Shown here: piece by piece, positions 27,954 to 37,250 of the stretch | Position numbering within the stretch: the stretch's first letter is position 1 | Layout: each line of letters opens with the position of its first letter | Origin: Rhodospirillales bacterium | Lineage (GTDB): Bacteria; Pseudomonadota; Alphaproteobacteria; Rhodospirillales; JANQFP01 | Assembly (NCBI GenBank): GCA_028277795.1 | Contig: JANQFP010000252.1 | Span: 22,490-86,489 of the forward strand | DNA length: 64,000 nucleotides | Direction of reading: 5' to 3' | The notes under the pieces: generated by a model | Told to the model about the DNA's origin: nothing | Database searches by the model: none | What the model saw: only the letters and a program-made list of their open reading frames with translations | Program-made: the position numbers and the translations under genes

Positions 27954-28769
27954 TCAGCCGTGGCCGACCCGGCCGGTGCCGCGCATCGGGGCTGGGTGAG
28001 CCGCCGCGTCGTGGGTGTCGTGCGCCGGACCGACGATGCGCGGGAGAATCTTCTTCTCGGCGCGCAGCAGGTCGGCCGGGAAATCGATCTCGATCCACGG
28101 GATGCCGGTGATGTCCTCGACGCCGAAGGTGCCCGGCGGCTCGCTGACCAGCACGTCGCGCATGGCCACCTCGTAGGTCACGCCCATCCGCGCCTCGTCC
28201 ACCAGGGCCTGGGCGGCATCGGCCATGCGGGCCGCGATCTCCGGGGTCATGGTGAGGAAGCCGGGCCACTCCCCGATCATGTCGAAGGTCCCCTCCACCT
28301 TCTTGCCGAAGTCCACCGGCAGACCGTCGCGCAGGCACAGCTTGACCGGCTCGTCACCCGGCTCGATGGCTTGGTCGAGCAGGAAGCAGTTGCCATGGGT
28401 CGACGTCACCAGCCGCTCGATGAGCCGCGGGTCGTAGAGCACGTCGGCGTCCATGAACAGCACCGGCGCCCCCTCCCGCAGCACCTCGCGGGCGGTCCAG
28501 AACGACAGGATTGGACCGCCGCGGAAACGCGGATTGTAGAGGCTGCGCACGTAGTCACGGGCGCCGATGGCGCGGACCTCGGCCAGGATCTCGTCGTGGC
28601 GGTAGCCGAGCACCATCACCAGCTCGTCCACCCCCACCGACTGCAGCACCCGGATGTGGCGCTCCAGCAGGGTGGCGCCGGCGAAGCGCAGCAACGACTT
28701 GGGCGGCTGCCGGTAGTCGTCGCCGTACAGGCGCGACCCCACGCCCGCCGCCAGCATCAACGCTTTCAT
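27954..28769 (-). CDS. nucleotidyltransferase (LicC / sugar- or phospho-alcohol cytidylyltransferase-like)
   Basis: N-terminal MKALMLAAGVGSRL nucleotide-binding motif (LAAGxGsR) and NTP_transferase fold pattern. Confidence 0.75.
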   Translation of the reverse strand: MKALMLAAGVGSRLYGDDYRQPPKSLLRFAGATLLERHIRVLQSVGVDELVMVLGYRHDEILAEVRAIGARDYVRSLYNPRFRGGPILSFWTAREVLREGAPVLFMDADVLYDPRLIERLVTSTHGNCFLLDQAIEPGDEPVKLCLRDGLPVDFGKKVEGTFDMIGEWPGFLTMTPEIAARMADAAQALVDEARMGVTYEVAMRDVLVSEPPGTFGVEDITGIPWIEIDFPADLLRAEKKILPRIVGPAHDTHDAAAHPAPMRGTGRVGHG

Positions 28770-28846
28770 GGTGCTGTGTGCTCCGCTTCCCGGGTCGCCG
28801 CGCCGTTCGCGGCCGGAGCCCAGGAATAGGCGGTTTCACGAAAGAT

Positions 28847-29173
28847 TCAAGGCTGATTCAAGGGTCCGTCGTGAAATCGTTGCGGTACTTCGTCACTGGA
28901 CATGCTGACGAAGGCGGCGGCCACGATGAGGACCAGGGCCCAGGTCACGGCGCCGGCCGGGGCGGCGGCGGCGAGCACCGCCACGCCAAGTACCGTGAAC
29001 GCCACCTGCACCATCAGGCCGACGGTGAAGTCGCCGACGACCGAGGCTGCCGCCACGGCCCGGCCCACCGCGGCCACGTCGACGGACGCGAACATGGCGA
29101 CGGCCACGGCCATTCCGATGAAGGCCAGGATTGTCGCCCTCAACCACGATCGGTTCCCGGTAGCCTCACTCAC
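28847..29173 (-). CDS. hypothetical small membrane protein translationally coupled to hpnA
   Basis: GTG at 29173 overlaps the hpnA stop (GTGA). ~108 aa with three very hydrophobic Ala/Val-rich helices. Confidence 0.4.
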   Translation of the reverse strand: MSEATGNRSWLRATILAFIGMAVAVAMFASVDVAAVGRAVAAASVVGDFTVGLMVQVAFTVLGVAVLAAAAPAGAVTWALVLIVAAAFVSMSSDEVPQRFHDGPLNQP

Positions 29174-30162
29174 GAAAGGAACCCGTTGTCGCGGAACCAG
29201 GCGACGGCATCGACCAGTGCCTGGCGGGCCGGGCGCCAGCGGTAACCCAGGGCGCGCGCGGCCTTGGCGCTGGAGAAGAACATCTTCTTCTTGGCCATGC
29301 GCACCCCGTCGGCGGTGGCGAAGGGCTCGTCGCCGCCGCTCAGGCGGGTCCACGCCTCCGCCACGTAGGCGATGGGCATGACCAACCCGTGGGGCAGGCG
29401 CACCCGCGGCGGCGGCCGCCCCACGATGGCCGCGATTTCGGCCAGGATATCGCCCAGGGTCATGTTCTCGCCCCCGAGGACGTAGCGCTCGCCGATGGTG
29501 CCCTTGTCGAAGGCCAGCAGGTGGCCCTCGGCCACGTCGTCCACGTGGACGATGTTGAGGCCGGTGTCCACGTAGGCCGGCATGCGGCCGGCCGCGGCCT
29601 CGACGATCATGCGCCCGGTGGGGGTCGGCTTGACGTCGCGCGGGCCCACCGGGGTGGACGGGTTGACGATGACCACCGGCGCCCCCTCCTCGGCCACCAG
29701 CCGCATCACCGCCTCCTCGGCCCGGAACTTGGACTGCTTGTAGGGGCCGATCATGTCGGCGAAGGCGACCGGGGTGTCCTCGTCGCCGGAGCCGCCGCCC
29801 GCCGGCACGCCCAGGGTGGCGACGCTGCTGGTGTAGACGACGCGCCGTGCCCCCGCCTCGGCGGCGGCCCGCACCACATCAAGCGAGCCGTCCACGTTGG
29901 CGCGGAACATGGCGTCCGGATCGCGGGTCCACAGGCGATAGTCGGCAGCCACATGGAACACGCCGTCGCAGTCGCCGCAGGCGCGCCGCAGCGACGCCGG
30001 GTCGGTGAGGTCGCCCTCGGCCGTCTCCACCACCAACCCATCGAGGTTGCGGCGGTCGCCCGTTGGCCGCACCAGCACCCGCACCACGTGCCCCGCGGCA
30101 AGCAGCCTCCGGGCCACCGCCGAGCCGACGAACCCGGTGGCCCCGGTCACCAACATCCTCAC
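29170..30162 (-). CDS. hpnA: hopanoid-associated NAD-dependent sugar epimerase/dehydratase HpnA
   Basis: Rossmann motif [10 protein letters not shown] and the SDR-extended pattern (YxxxK: YKQSK). hpn cluster context. Confidence 0.8.
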   Translation of the reverse strand: MRMLVTGATGFVGSAVARRLLAAGHVVRVLVRPTGDRRNLDGLVVETAEGDLTDPASLRRACGDCDGVFHVAADYRLWTRDPDAMFRANVDGSLDVVRAAAEAGARRVVYTSSVATLGVPAGGGSGDEDTPVAFADMIGPYKQSKFRAEEAVMRLVAEEGAPVVIVNPSTPVGPRDVKPTPTGRMIVEAAAGRMPAYVDTGLNIVHVDDVAEGHLLAFDKGTIGERYVLGGENMTLGDILAEIAAIVGRPPPRVRLPHGLVMPIAYVAEAWTRLSGGDEPFATADGVRMAKKKMFFSSAKAARALGYRWRPARQALVDAVAWFRDNGFLS

Positions 30163-30341
30163 GCGCGGTCTCCGATGGTCCGCCCCCCGTCCGGTGCGGG
30201 CCGATCTTGCACGGAACCGGCCGGCGGGTCCAACGATGCGTGGCCTTCACCGGTTCGCGAGCCGGTCGCAACGGCCCTTCCCCTGGCGGCCAAAGGTCCC
30301 TATGTTTGCAGCGCAATCTGTGCAATGCGGTATCGGGTGCC

Positions 30342-31292
30342 ATGGCAACCGAACGATCGTTCCAAGTGCTTCTCGCCCAGCCTCGCGGCTTCTGCGCCGG
30401 CGTCGAACGGGCGATCGATATCGTCGAGCGGGCGCTGGAGCGTTTCGGGCCGCCCGTGTACGTGCGCCACGAGATCGTCCACAACAAGCGCGTGGTGGAT
30501 ACCCTGCGGGACAAGGGCGCGGTGTTCGTCGAGGAGATCGACGAGATCCCGGACGACGCGGTCACCGTGTTCAGCGCCCACGGCGTCGCCGAGGCGGTGG
30601 AGATCCAGGCCAAGCAACGGGACCTGCCGGTGATCGACGCCACCTGCCCCCTGGTGTCCAAGGTCCACCACGAGGGCCAGCATCACTCCCGCAAGGGGCG
30701 TGAGGTCATCCTCATCGGCCACCAGGGACACCCCGAGGTCGAGGGGACCCAGGGCCGCATCGCCGGTGGAGTCCATCTGGTGACCACCGCCGACGACGTG
30801 GCCCGGCTCGCGGTGCGCAACCCCGAGGCAGTGGCCTACGTCACCCAGACCACGCTGAGCGTCGACGACACCCGCGAGGTCATCGACGCCCTGAAGGTGC
30901 GTTTCCCGGCCATCGTCGGCCCCGACGTCAAGGACATCTGCTATGCCACTCAGAACCGCCAGGCGGCGGTCCGGGAGCTGGCCGCGCAGGTCGACCTGCT
31001 GCTGGTGGTGGGGGCTCGCAACAGCTCCAACTCCAACCGCCTGCGCGAGATCGGCACGGAAACGGGGGTGCCCAGCTATTTGATCGACGATGCAGAGGGT
31101 CTCGAAGCGGCGTGGCTCGATGGAATCGAGACCGTCGGCATCACGGCCGGCGCCTCGGCGCCCGAGGAACTGGTCCGGGAGCTGATCGCCCGCCTGCGCG
31201 ATTTCGGCACGGTCGAGGTGACGCCCATGGACGGCGTCAAGGAGCACACCCAGTTCAAGCTTCCGCGCGAGCTGATGCCGGCGGCCGAGTAG
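30342..31292 (+). CDS. ispH: 4-hydroxy-3-methylbut-2-enyl diphosphate reductase
   Basis: [25 protein letters not shown] ... with conserved Cys positions of IspH/LytB. ATG at 30342. Confidence 0.9.
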   Translation: MATERSFQVLLAQPRGFCAGVERAIDIVERALERFGPPVYVRHEIVHNKRVVDTLRDKGAVFVEEIDEIPDDAVTVFSAHGVAEAVEIQAKQRDLPVIDATCPLVSKVHHEGQHHSRKGREVILIGHQGHPEVEGTQGRIAGGVHLVTTADDVARLAVRNPEAVAYVTQTTLSVDDTREVIDALKVRFPAIVGPDVKDICYATQNRQAAVRELAAQVDLLLVVGARNSSNSNRLREIGTETGVPSYLIDDAEGLEAAWLDGIETVGITAGASAPEELVRELIARLRDFGTVEVTPMDGVKEHTQFKLPRELMPAAE

Positions 31293-31310
31293 CGAGCGCG
31301 GAGACGGCCG

Positions 31311-32444
31311 GTGAGCGTTCCCTTAATCCAGCAGGTGCGGGTCGGCGCCTACATCCTCGGCAAGCGGTTGCGCGGCGTGGAGCGCTATCCCCTCGTGCTG
31401 ATGCTGGAGCCCTTGTTCCGCTGCAACCTGGCCTGCGCCGGTTGCGGCAAGATCGACTACCCGGACGCCATCCTCGACCGCCGCCTCAGCGTGCAGGAGT
31501 GCCTGGACGCGGTGGACGAGTGCGGAGCCCCGGTGGTCTCCATCCCCGGCGGCGAGCCCCTGCTGCACAAGGAGATCGACCAGATCGTTGACGGCATCGT
31601 TGCGCGGCGCAGGTTCGTCTACCTGTGCACCAACGGCCTGCTCCTGGAGCGGAAGCTGGACCTGTTCCGGCCCAGCCCCTACCTCACCTTCTCCGTCCAC
31701 CTGGACGGCCTGGAAGCGGAGCATGACGAAGCGGTGTGCCAGGAAGGCGTTTTCCTCCGTGCCGTCGCGGCCATCCGCGCCGCCCGCGCCCGCGGCTTCC
31801 GGGTCAACGTCAACTGCACCCTGTTCGACGGCATGGCGCCCGACCGGGTGGCAGCCTTCTTCGATTTCTGCACCACCGAGCTGGACGTGGAAGGAATCAC
31901 GGTCTCCCCCGGCTACGCCTACGAACGCGCCCCCGACCAGGAGCACTTCCTCAACCGCCGCCGCACCAAGGAGTTGTTCCGCGACGTCTTCCGGCGCGGC
32001 GCGGAGAGGTGGACCTTCAACCAGTCGCCCCTGTTCATGGACTTCCTGGCCGGCAACCAGAGCTACCCTTGCACGCCGTGGGGCAACCCGACGCGCAACG
32101 TGTTCGGCTGGCAGCGGCCGTGCTACCTGCTCAACGAGGGCTATGCCGCATCGTTCCGCGAGCTCATGGAGGACACAGACTGGGACGCCTACGGCACCGG
32201 CAACTACGAGAAGTGCGCCGACTGCATGGTCCACTGCGGCTACGAGGCGACGGCGGTCAACGACACCATCTCGCACCCCTTGAAGGCCCTAAAGGTGGCG
32301 CTCAGCGGCTTCGACACCGAGAAGCCCATGGCCCCGGAGATCCCGCTTGACGGCCAGCGCCCGGCCGAGTTCGTCTTCGAGCACTTGGTCGAGACCCTGA
32401 ACCGGCCCGACCCAGGCCCCGGCGAGCGCAGCGACGCAGCCTAA
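31311..32444 (+). CDS. hpnH: adenosylhopane synthase, hopanoid radical-SAM protein HpnH
   Basis: Radical SAM motif CNLACAGC. ~377 aa with a C-terminal Cys-rich region (CADCMVHCG). hpn context. Confidence 0.85.
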   Translation: MSVPLIQQVRVGAYILGKRLRGVERYPLVLMLEPLFRCNLACAGCGKIDYPDAILDRRLSVQECLDAVDECGAPVVSIPGGEPLLHKEIDQIVDGIVARRRFVYLCTNGLLLERKLDLFRPSPYLTFSVHLDGLEAEHDEAVCQEGVFLRAVAAIRAARARGFRVNVNCTLFDGMAPDRVAAFFDFCTTELDVEGITVSPGYAYERAPDQEHFLNRRRTKELFRDVFRRGAERWTFNQSPLFMDFLAGNQSYPCTPWGNPTRNVFGWQRPCYLLNEGYAASFRELMEDTDWDAYGTGNYEKCADCMVHCGYEATAVNDTISHPLKALKVALSGFDTEKPMAPEIPLDGQRPAEFVFEHLVETLNRPDPGPGERSDAA

Positions 32445-32791
32445 ATCTCTCCACCCCGTTCCGGCTTCATGTGGCGGGTCGGGTCCATGCTTTGATGCAG
32501 GATCCGGACGACCACGAGGTCCGATTCGATTTCGCGGTAGAAGATCACGTGCCGGCCGACGGCATGGCACCGCAGTCCCTGGGCGATGTCGTCGCGCGCC
32601 GCCCCCAGACCGGGCATATCACGCACCGTTCGCAATGCCTGCTTGATCAGGTCCAGGTATGTCCGCTTTTGGACCGCGCCCCAGTGGTCGAGTGTGTACG
32701 CACCTATACCGGCGAGGTCGCGCTGCGCCGGACCCGATAGACGGATCCGTCTAGAGGCCGGCAAAGAAGGCGTCCAGGTCCGGGTCCGCAT
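32441..32791 (-). CDS. parE: ParE/RelE-family type II toxin
   Basis: IRLSGPAQRDLAGIGAYTLDHWG ... VIFYREIESDLVVVRILHQSMD is the typical ParE pattern. Start uncertain (ATG 32791 overlaps parD; no canonical start codon nearer the conserved N-terminus). Confidence 0.75.
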   Translation of the reverse strand: MRTRTWTPSLPASRRIRLSGPAQRDLAGIGAYTLDHWGAVQKRTYLDLIKQALRTVRDMPGLGAARDDIAQGLRCHAVGRHVIFYREIESDLVVVRILHQSMDPTRHMKPERGGEI

Positions 32792-32999
32792 CCAGGTCGG
32801 TGAAGTCGCCGCGGGCAACTGCGTCGTCGCCCTGCCGGACGGCGGCCCGCAACCGTTCCATTTTCAACTGCCTCTGCTCCTCCACTCGCTTGAGCAGGCG
32901 CAGGGCCTCCCGGACGACCTCGCTGGCGTTGTTGTAATCGCCCGATGCGGCACGTTCCCGCACGAACTGTTCCAGGCTCGGGGTCAAACTGAAATTCAT
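32751..32999 (-). CDS. parD: ParD-family (CopG/RHH) type II antitoxin
   Basis: MNFSLTPSLEQFVRERAASGDYNNASEVVREALRLL is the typical ParD N-terminus. Confidence 0.8.
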   Translation of the reverse strand: MNFSLTPSLEQFVRERAASGDYNNASEVVREALRLLKRVEEQRQLKMERLRAAVRQGDDAVARGDFTDLDADPDLDAFFAGL

Positions 33000-33069
33000 G
33001 GCATGGTCTCCGTCACCCTTCACGATGACGGTCAGGAACGATCATGTCAATCTTTGCTAGCAAACTTTG

Positions 33070-33759
33070 TTAATTTGTCGATTTGGCAAGTCCGAAACCG
33101 GGACCGGCGAGCGCGGCGACGCGGCGCAAGGCCGCGAGGCCGCGCGCCGAATCCCGGCGCAGACGGATCAGACCGGGCAGCTCGGCGGGGCGGCGCAGCA
33201 GGGCGGCGACAACCGCGCCGGTGCGGCGACGGCCGTCGCGCGACATGCCGCGCAGGGCTGCTTTGGGGACCGTCGTTCCCGCCGGGTCGGAAATCGCCCG
33301 CACCACCAGGAAGGGCACGGATGACGCCAGGGCGACCGCGGCGATGGCGTGGCTTTCCATGTCCACCGCCGCGGCACCCGTTTCCGACCGCATCCGCTGC
33401 TTGGCGGCAGGGGTCATGACCACCCGCTCGCTGCCCACCAGCGTGCCGCCGACCACCGGAACGCGGCCCTCGACCAGACGCGACAGGGACTCGCTCCAGG
33501 CCGCGTCGGTGGGATAGGTGGTGCCGTCGGGGGCGGCCACGGACTGGGCCAGAACCACGGTGCCGGGGGCCAGCGTTGGGTCGAGGCCGCCGGCGATACC
33601 GAAGCTGACCAGGGCTCCGCAGCCGTCCGCGATCAGGGTCCACGCTGCCGTCCGCGCCCGGTCGGTGCCAATGCCGGTGCGCCGGACGGCCAGGCCCGGC
33701 CCCTGGCGCAGACACCGGGCCTCCACGTCCATGGCAGTGACGATGCCGACCAGGGGCAC
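33070..33759 (-). CDS. hpnG: hopanoid-associated phosphorylase/nucleosidase HpnG
   Basis: PNP/UDP phosphorylase-family pattern (AVDMESHAIA). Directly downstream of shc. Confidence 0.8.
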   Translation of the reverse strand: MPLVGIVTAMDVEARCLRQGPGLAVRRTGIGTDRARTAAWTLIADGCGALVSFGIAGGLDPTLAPGTVVLAQSVAAPDGTTYPTDAAWSESLSRLVEGRVPVVGGTLVGSERVVMTPAAKQRMRSETGAAAVDMESHAIAAVALASSVPFLVVRAISDPAGTTVPKAALRGMSRDGRRRTGAVVAALLRRPAELPGLIRLRRDSARGLAALRRVAALAGPGFGLAKSTN

Positions 33760-33771
33760 GCGGCGCGTCCC

Positions 33772-35736
33772 TCAGATGCCGTAAGCGGGGAACCGGTCGT
33801 TGGCGCGCCGCAAGGTCCGGTAGCGGGCCAGGGCCCACAGCGGGAAATAGGCGCTGTAGCCGTGGTAGCGCAGATAGAAGACGCGCGGGAAACCGACGGC
33901 GTTGAAGTACTCCTCGGCCCACTTGCCGCCGTGGCGCGGGGCTGCCAACAGATAGTCGATGCCGCGGGCGACCACCGCGTCGTCCACCTCGCCCGCCGCC
34001 ATCAGGGCGAGCACGGCCCAGGCCGTCTGGGACGGCGTGCTGGTCTTGACCTCGTCCTTGCGGTCGGTCCAGTAGGTGGCGCAATCCTCGCCCCAGCCCC
34101 CGTCGGTGCGCTGGCGGGCCTTCAGCCAGTCGACGGCCTTGCGCACGTAGGGCGCCTGCATGTCCTCGCCGACGGCGTTGAGCGCGCACAGGACCGACCA
34201 CGTGCCATAGACGTAGTTGGTGCCCCAGCGGCCGAACCACGAGCCGTCGTCCTCCTGCTCGCGCTTCAGGTATTCGATGCCGCGGGCCACCGCCGGATGG
34301 TCGCGCCCGTAGCCGAGCTGGGCCAGCATGCCCACGCAGCGGGCGCTGACGTCGGCGCTGGGCGGGTCGAGGAGCGCCCCGTGGTCGGCGAACGGGATGT
34401 GCTCCAGGAAGTAGTGCTCGTTGTCGGCGTCGAAGGCGCCCCAGCCGCCGTCGGCGCTCTGCATGCCGATGACCCATTCGGCGCCGCGGGCGATGGCCTC
34501 GCTGTAGCGCTCCGGATCGTGGCGGTGCAGGGCCATGACGACCACGGCCGTGTCGTCCACGTCCGGGTAGTGGTCGTTCCAGTACTGGAAGGCCCAGCCG
34601 CCGGGACGCACGTGGCCGCGGTTGGCGGTCCAGTCGCCGACGTCCTTGAGGATCTGGCGCCCCTCCAGCCACTGGGCGGCCGCCGCCACCGACCCGTCGC
34701 CGTCCCCGTGGCCCGCCTCCAGCATGGCGTGGCAGGCGAGCCCGGTGTCCCACACCGGCGACAGGCACGGCTGGCAATAGGCCGCGTCGCCGTCGTCGAT
34801 GATCAGGCGGTCGATGGCCCGTCGGGCGACCGCCATGTCCGGATGGTCGCGCGCCACGCCTAAGGCGTCGAAGGCCATCACCGTGTTGGCCATGGCGGGG
34901 AAGATGCCCCCCAGGCCGTCCTCGCCGTTGAGCCGCTCGCGGACGAAGGCCATGGCCTTGTCGATGGCGCGGCGCTCGAGGGCCTCGGGAAACAGCGGCT
35001 CCACGAGGCGCGCCAGTCGGTCCAACCGGAGCAGCACCTCGCCCAGCCAATGCCCGGTGGGATTGGTCAGATACCGCTTCTCCTCCTCCGGCGGCGTGGT
35101 GAACAGCTCGCGGATGGTCACGCCGCGCGGGTTGCGGGCCCGTGGCTTGAGCGCGGCGAGGACGAACAAAGGCACCATGACGGTGCGCGACCAGTAGGAC
35201 ACCTTGTCCACGTGGAACGGCGCCCATTCGGGCAGCAGCACCGCCTCGACCCGGGTCACCGGCGTCGCCCGCCAGGGGACTTCGCCGAACAGGGCCAGGG
35301 CGAAGCGGGTGAACACGTTGGACTTGGCCGCCCCGCCGTGGGCCAGCACGGCCTCGCGAGCGCGCACCATGTGGGGGGCGTCGGGGTCGTCGCCGGTGAG
35401 CTTGAGCGCGAAGTAGGCCTTGACCGTGGCGCTCATGTTGAAATCGCCGTCGTGATAAAGCGCCCAGCCGCCATGAGCCTCCTGCTTGGCCCTCAGATAG
35501 ACGGCCAGCCTGGCTTCCAGCGCGTCGTCGATGTCGCCGAGGTAGTGGTTGAGCAGGATGTACTCGGCCGGAATGGTGGTGTCCGCCTCCAGGGGATAGG
35601 CCCAGTGCCCGTCGTCCGCCTGGTCGTCGCCCAGCCAGCGCGCCGCCTCGCCGATGGTGGCGTCGAGGCGATCGCCCTCGGAGCTCAGTCCGACGTCGGC
35701 CTTCACCACGGTCTCGATCTTGCCCATGTCATCCAA
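33772..35736 (-). CDS. shc: squalene-hopene cyclase
   Basis: Catalytic DxDDTA motif (DVDDTAVV) and multiple QW repeats (e.g. QRTDGGWGE, QSADGGWGAF). Confidence 0.95.
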   Translation of the reverse strand: MDDMGKIETVVKADVGLSSEGDRLDATIGEAARWLGDDQADDGHWAYPLEADTTIPAEYILLNHYLGDIDDALEARLAVYLRAKQEAHGGWALYHDGDFNMSATVKAYFALKLTGDDPDAPHMVRAREAVLAHGGAAKSNVFTRFALALFGEVPWRATPVTRVEAVLLPEWAPFHVDKVSYWSRTVMVPLFVLAALKPRARNPRGVTIRELFTTPPEEEKRYLTNPTGHWLGEVLLRLDRLARLVEPLFPEALERRAIDKAMAFVRERLNGEDGLGGIFPAMANTVMAFDALGVARDHPDMAVARRAIDRLIIDDGDAAYCQPCLSPVWDTGLACHAMLEAGHGDGDGSVAAAAQWLEGRQILKDVGDWTANRGHVRPGGWAFQYWNDHYPDVDDTAVVVMALHRHDPERYSEAIARGAEWVIGMQSADGGWGAFDADNEHYFLEHIPFADHGALLDPPSADVSARCVGMLAQLGYGRDHPAVARGIEYLKREQEDDGSWFGRWGTNYVYGTWSVLCALNAVGEDMQAPYVRKAVDWLKARQRTDGGWGEDCATYWTDRKDEVKTSTPSQTAWAVLALMAAGEVDDAVVARGIDYLLAAPRHGGKWAEEYFNAVGFPRVFYLRYHGYSAYFPLWALARYRTLRRANDRFPAYGI

Positions 35737-35781
35737 ATGTCATGGAAGTTCCGGGGCTTGTTGCCCCAATCCGCCAGAATG

Positions 35782-36591
35782 TCAAGTGCCCCCTGCGGGC
35801 GACCGGCTGGCCTGGGCGGCTGGTATACCTGTGACGCGGGTCAACGGGATTCCAATCCCTACAACTGGACAGGGACTGCCGACGCCGCGGTCAAGACGCT
35901 GGTTCAACTTCGCCCAATGAGTTGTCGCCGCACCGAACTTGTCCGCGAAAAAGCAAGCGGCCCACGCCTTCGGGAATAGACATTTGTTGCGTTCCATATA
36001 TCGCTCAACGGCTTTCCTTTGCCGGGCAGTCGGTGCGACGCCGAAACGCGCCAACCTGTCGAAGGAGTTTAGGCCCTCCTCAGCCGCAAACTGGGATAGA
36101 CATCCTTCCAGACCTTCCTGAAACGATGCGCCTCGCGTTACGATGACGCCGATACTGATGGCACCATCAGCGTGAAGCCGGTTGAAGTTCTCCAAGTCCC
36201 TATCGAAGAACGGATCCTTGTTGTTCCATTCGATTTCCAGAGCGATTTTTCCCGCTTCTAACGTCTTTACGTGATCAACTTCGTGCGACTGCGAAAACGT
36301 CGTTTGTTCGTTGATCTTCTTTTCAACGTTGAACGTGGCTTTGCGCCAGCCGCAGTCTTGGAGAGAGTGACGAAGTCGTTGCGTAATCTGTGCTTCGCCC
36401 CCACCACCGCCAATCAACTCGGCGACAGGCACCGATACGACGCCGATCGTCCGCTCCAGTTCGGCGACCGCATCGGGGAAATCCTGATCCAGGATCGCAT
36501 TTGCGTGATAGGTAAAGCGGACGTCGAAACCAGCCTTGCGAAGACCTTCGAATACGGGAGGTTTTTTCCTTCGCTTGCCCGCTGGGCTCAA
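35782..36591 (-). CDS. type II restriction endonuclease, BglII/BamHI-like fold
   Basis: IALEIEWNNKDPFFDRDLENF and SIGVIVTRG resemble the catalytic-core pattern of BglII/BstYI-type enzymes. Start overlaps the methyltransferase stop (ATGA). Lower G+C than the flanks. Confidence 0.6.
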   Translation of the reverse strand: MSPAGKRRKKPPVFEGLRKAGFDVRFTYHANAILDQDFPDAVAELERTIGVVSVPVAELIGGGGGEAQITQRLRHSLQDCGWRKATFNVEKKINEQTTFSQSHEVDHVKTLEAGKIALEIEWNNKDPFFDRDLENFNRLHADGAISIGVIVTRGASFQEGLEGCLSQFAAEEGLNSFDRLARFGVAPTARQRKAVERYMERNKCLFPKAWAACFFADKFGAATTHWAKLNQRLDRGVGSPCPVVGIGIPLTRVTGIPAAQASRSPAGGT

Positions 36592-37250
36592 ATCTCCAAT
36601 TCCTCATGCCCGTAATTTGACCAGTCCCAATCGTAGCCACGGTGCCTGCGCCGAGTCGCTTCATAGGTATCGACTTCATTGCCCCATTGGAACCAGCTGT
36701 CGCGCCGCTCTCTGGCGAACAGCTCAAGGAATGGGCCGGGACTGCAGTCCTCAATAATGCGATAGAGAGTCGAAGGTTTCCGCGAGTGCTCCCGTTTGCG
36801 TTCAACCATAATGTTGGTTTGGCGCCGACCGGGACCCAGGGTGCGTAAATTGCCTTTGACGCCGAAAAGGACCATCTCGGTCACGTTGCGGAAATAGAAG
36901 CCGACACCACGACCGTCGGGGCCGCCGTCCTTTCGTACCTTGTACCACACGAGATTCGTCTTGTAGGTGAAGCCCCATGCGTCCAGCAGTGCCAATCCGT
37001 CGGCGAGCAAGGCATTTGGGCACCACAGATATATGTGGCTCGCCGGCTGCGCCAGATCGCCAACCGGCAGGCAACGCAGTTCGTCGGTGGACAGGGTCGC
37101 GTAGCGCGCGAGCCGGCGGTGTTCGGGCGCCACCTTGCCGGTCCGGTTCATGAATCGCCAGGGCGGATCGATGAGTACCGTTCCAAACCCGTCTGGATGC
37201 TTCCTAGAAAACGCGTCCAGCGATGCCTTGGTTGCTTCGATCTCAGTCAT
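36588..37250 (-). CDS. MT-A70-family DNA methyltransferase (DPPW motif)
   Basis: VLIDPPWRF catalytic motif, IYLWCPN and WGFTYKTNLVWYK blocks typical of MT-A70. Confidence 0.8.
   Translation of the reverse strand: MTEIEATKASLDAFSRKHPDGFGTVLIDPPWRFMNRTGKVAPEHRRLARYATLSTDELRCLPVGDLAQPASHIYLWCPNALLADGLALLDAWGFTYKTNLVWYKVRKDGGPDGRGVGFYFRNVTEMVLFGVKGNLRTLGPGRRQTNIMVERKREHSRKPSTLYRIIEDCSPGPFLELFARERRDSWFQWGNEVDTYEATRRRHRGYDWDWSNYGHEELEI

Noticed and set aside
33047-35227. 726-aa alternative-frame ORF over hpnG/shc, and a 504-aa antisense ORF
   Set aside because: These are Arg/Gly/Pro-rich shadows. The shc frame carries DxDDTA and QW motifs.
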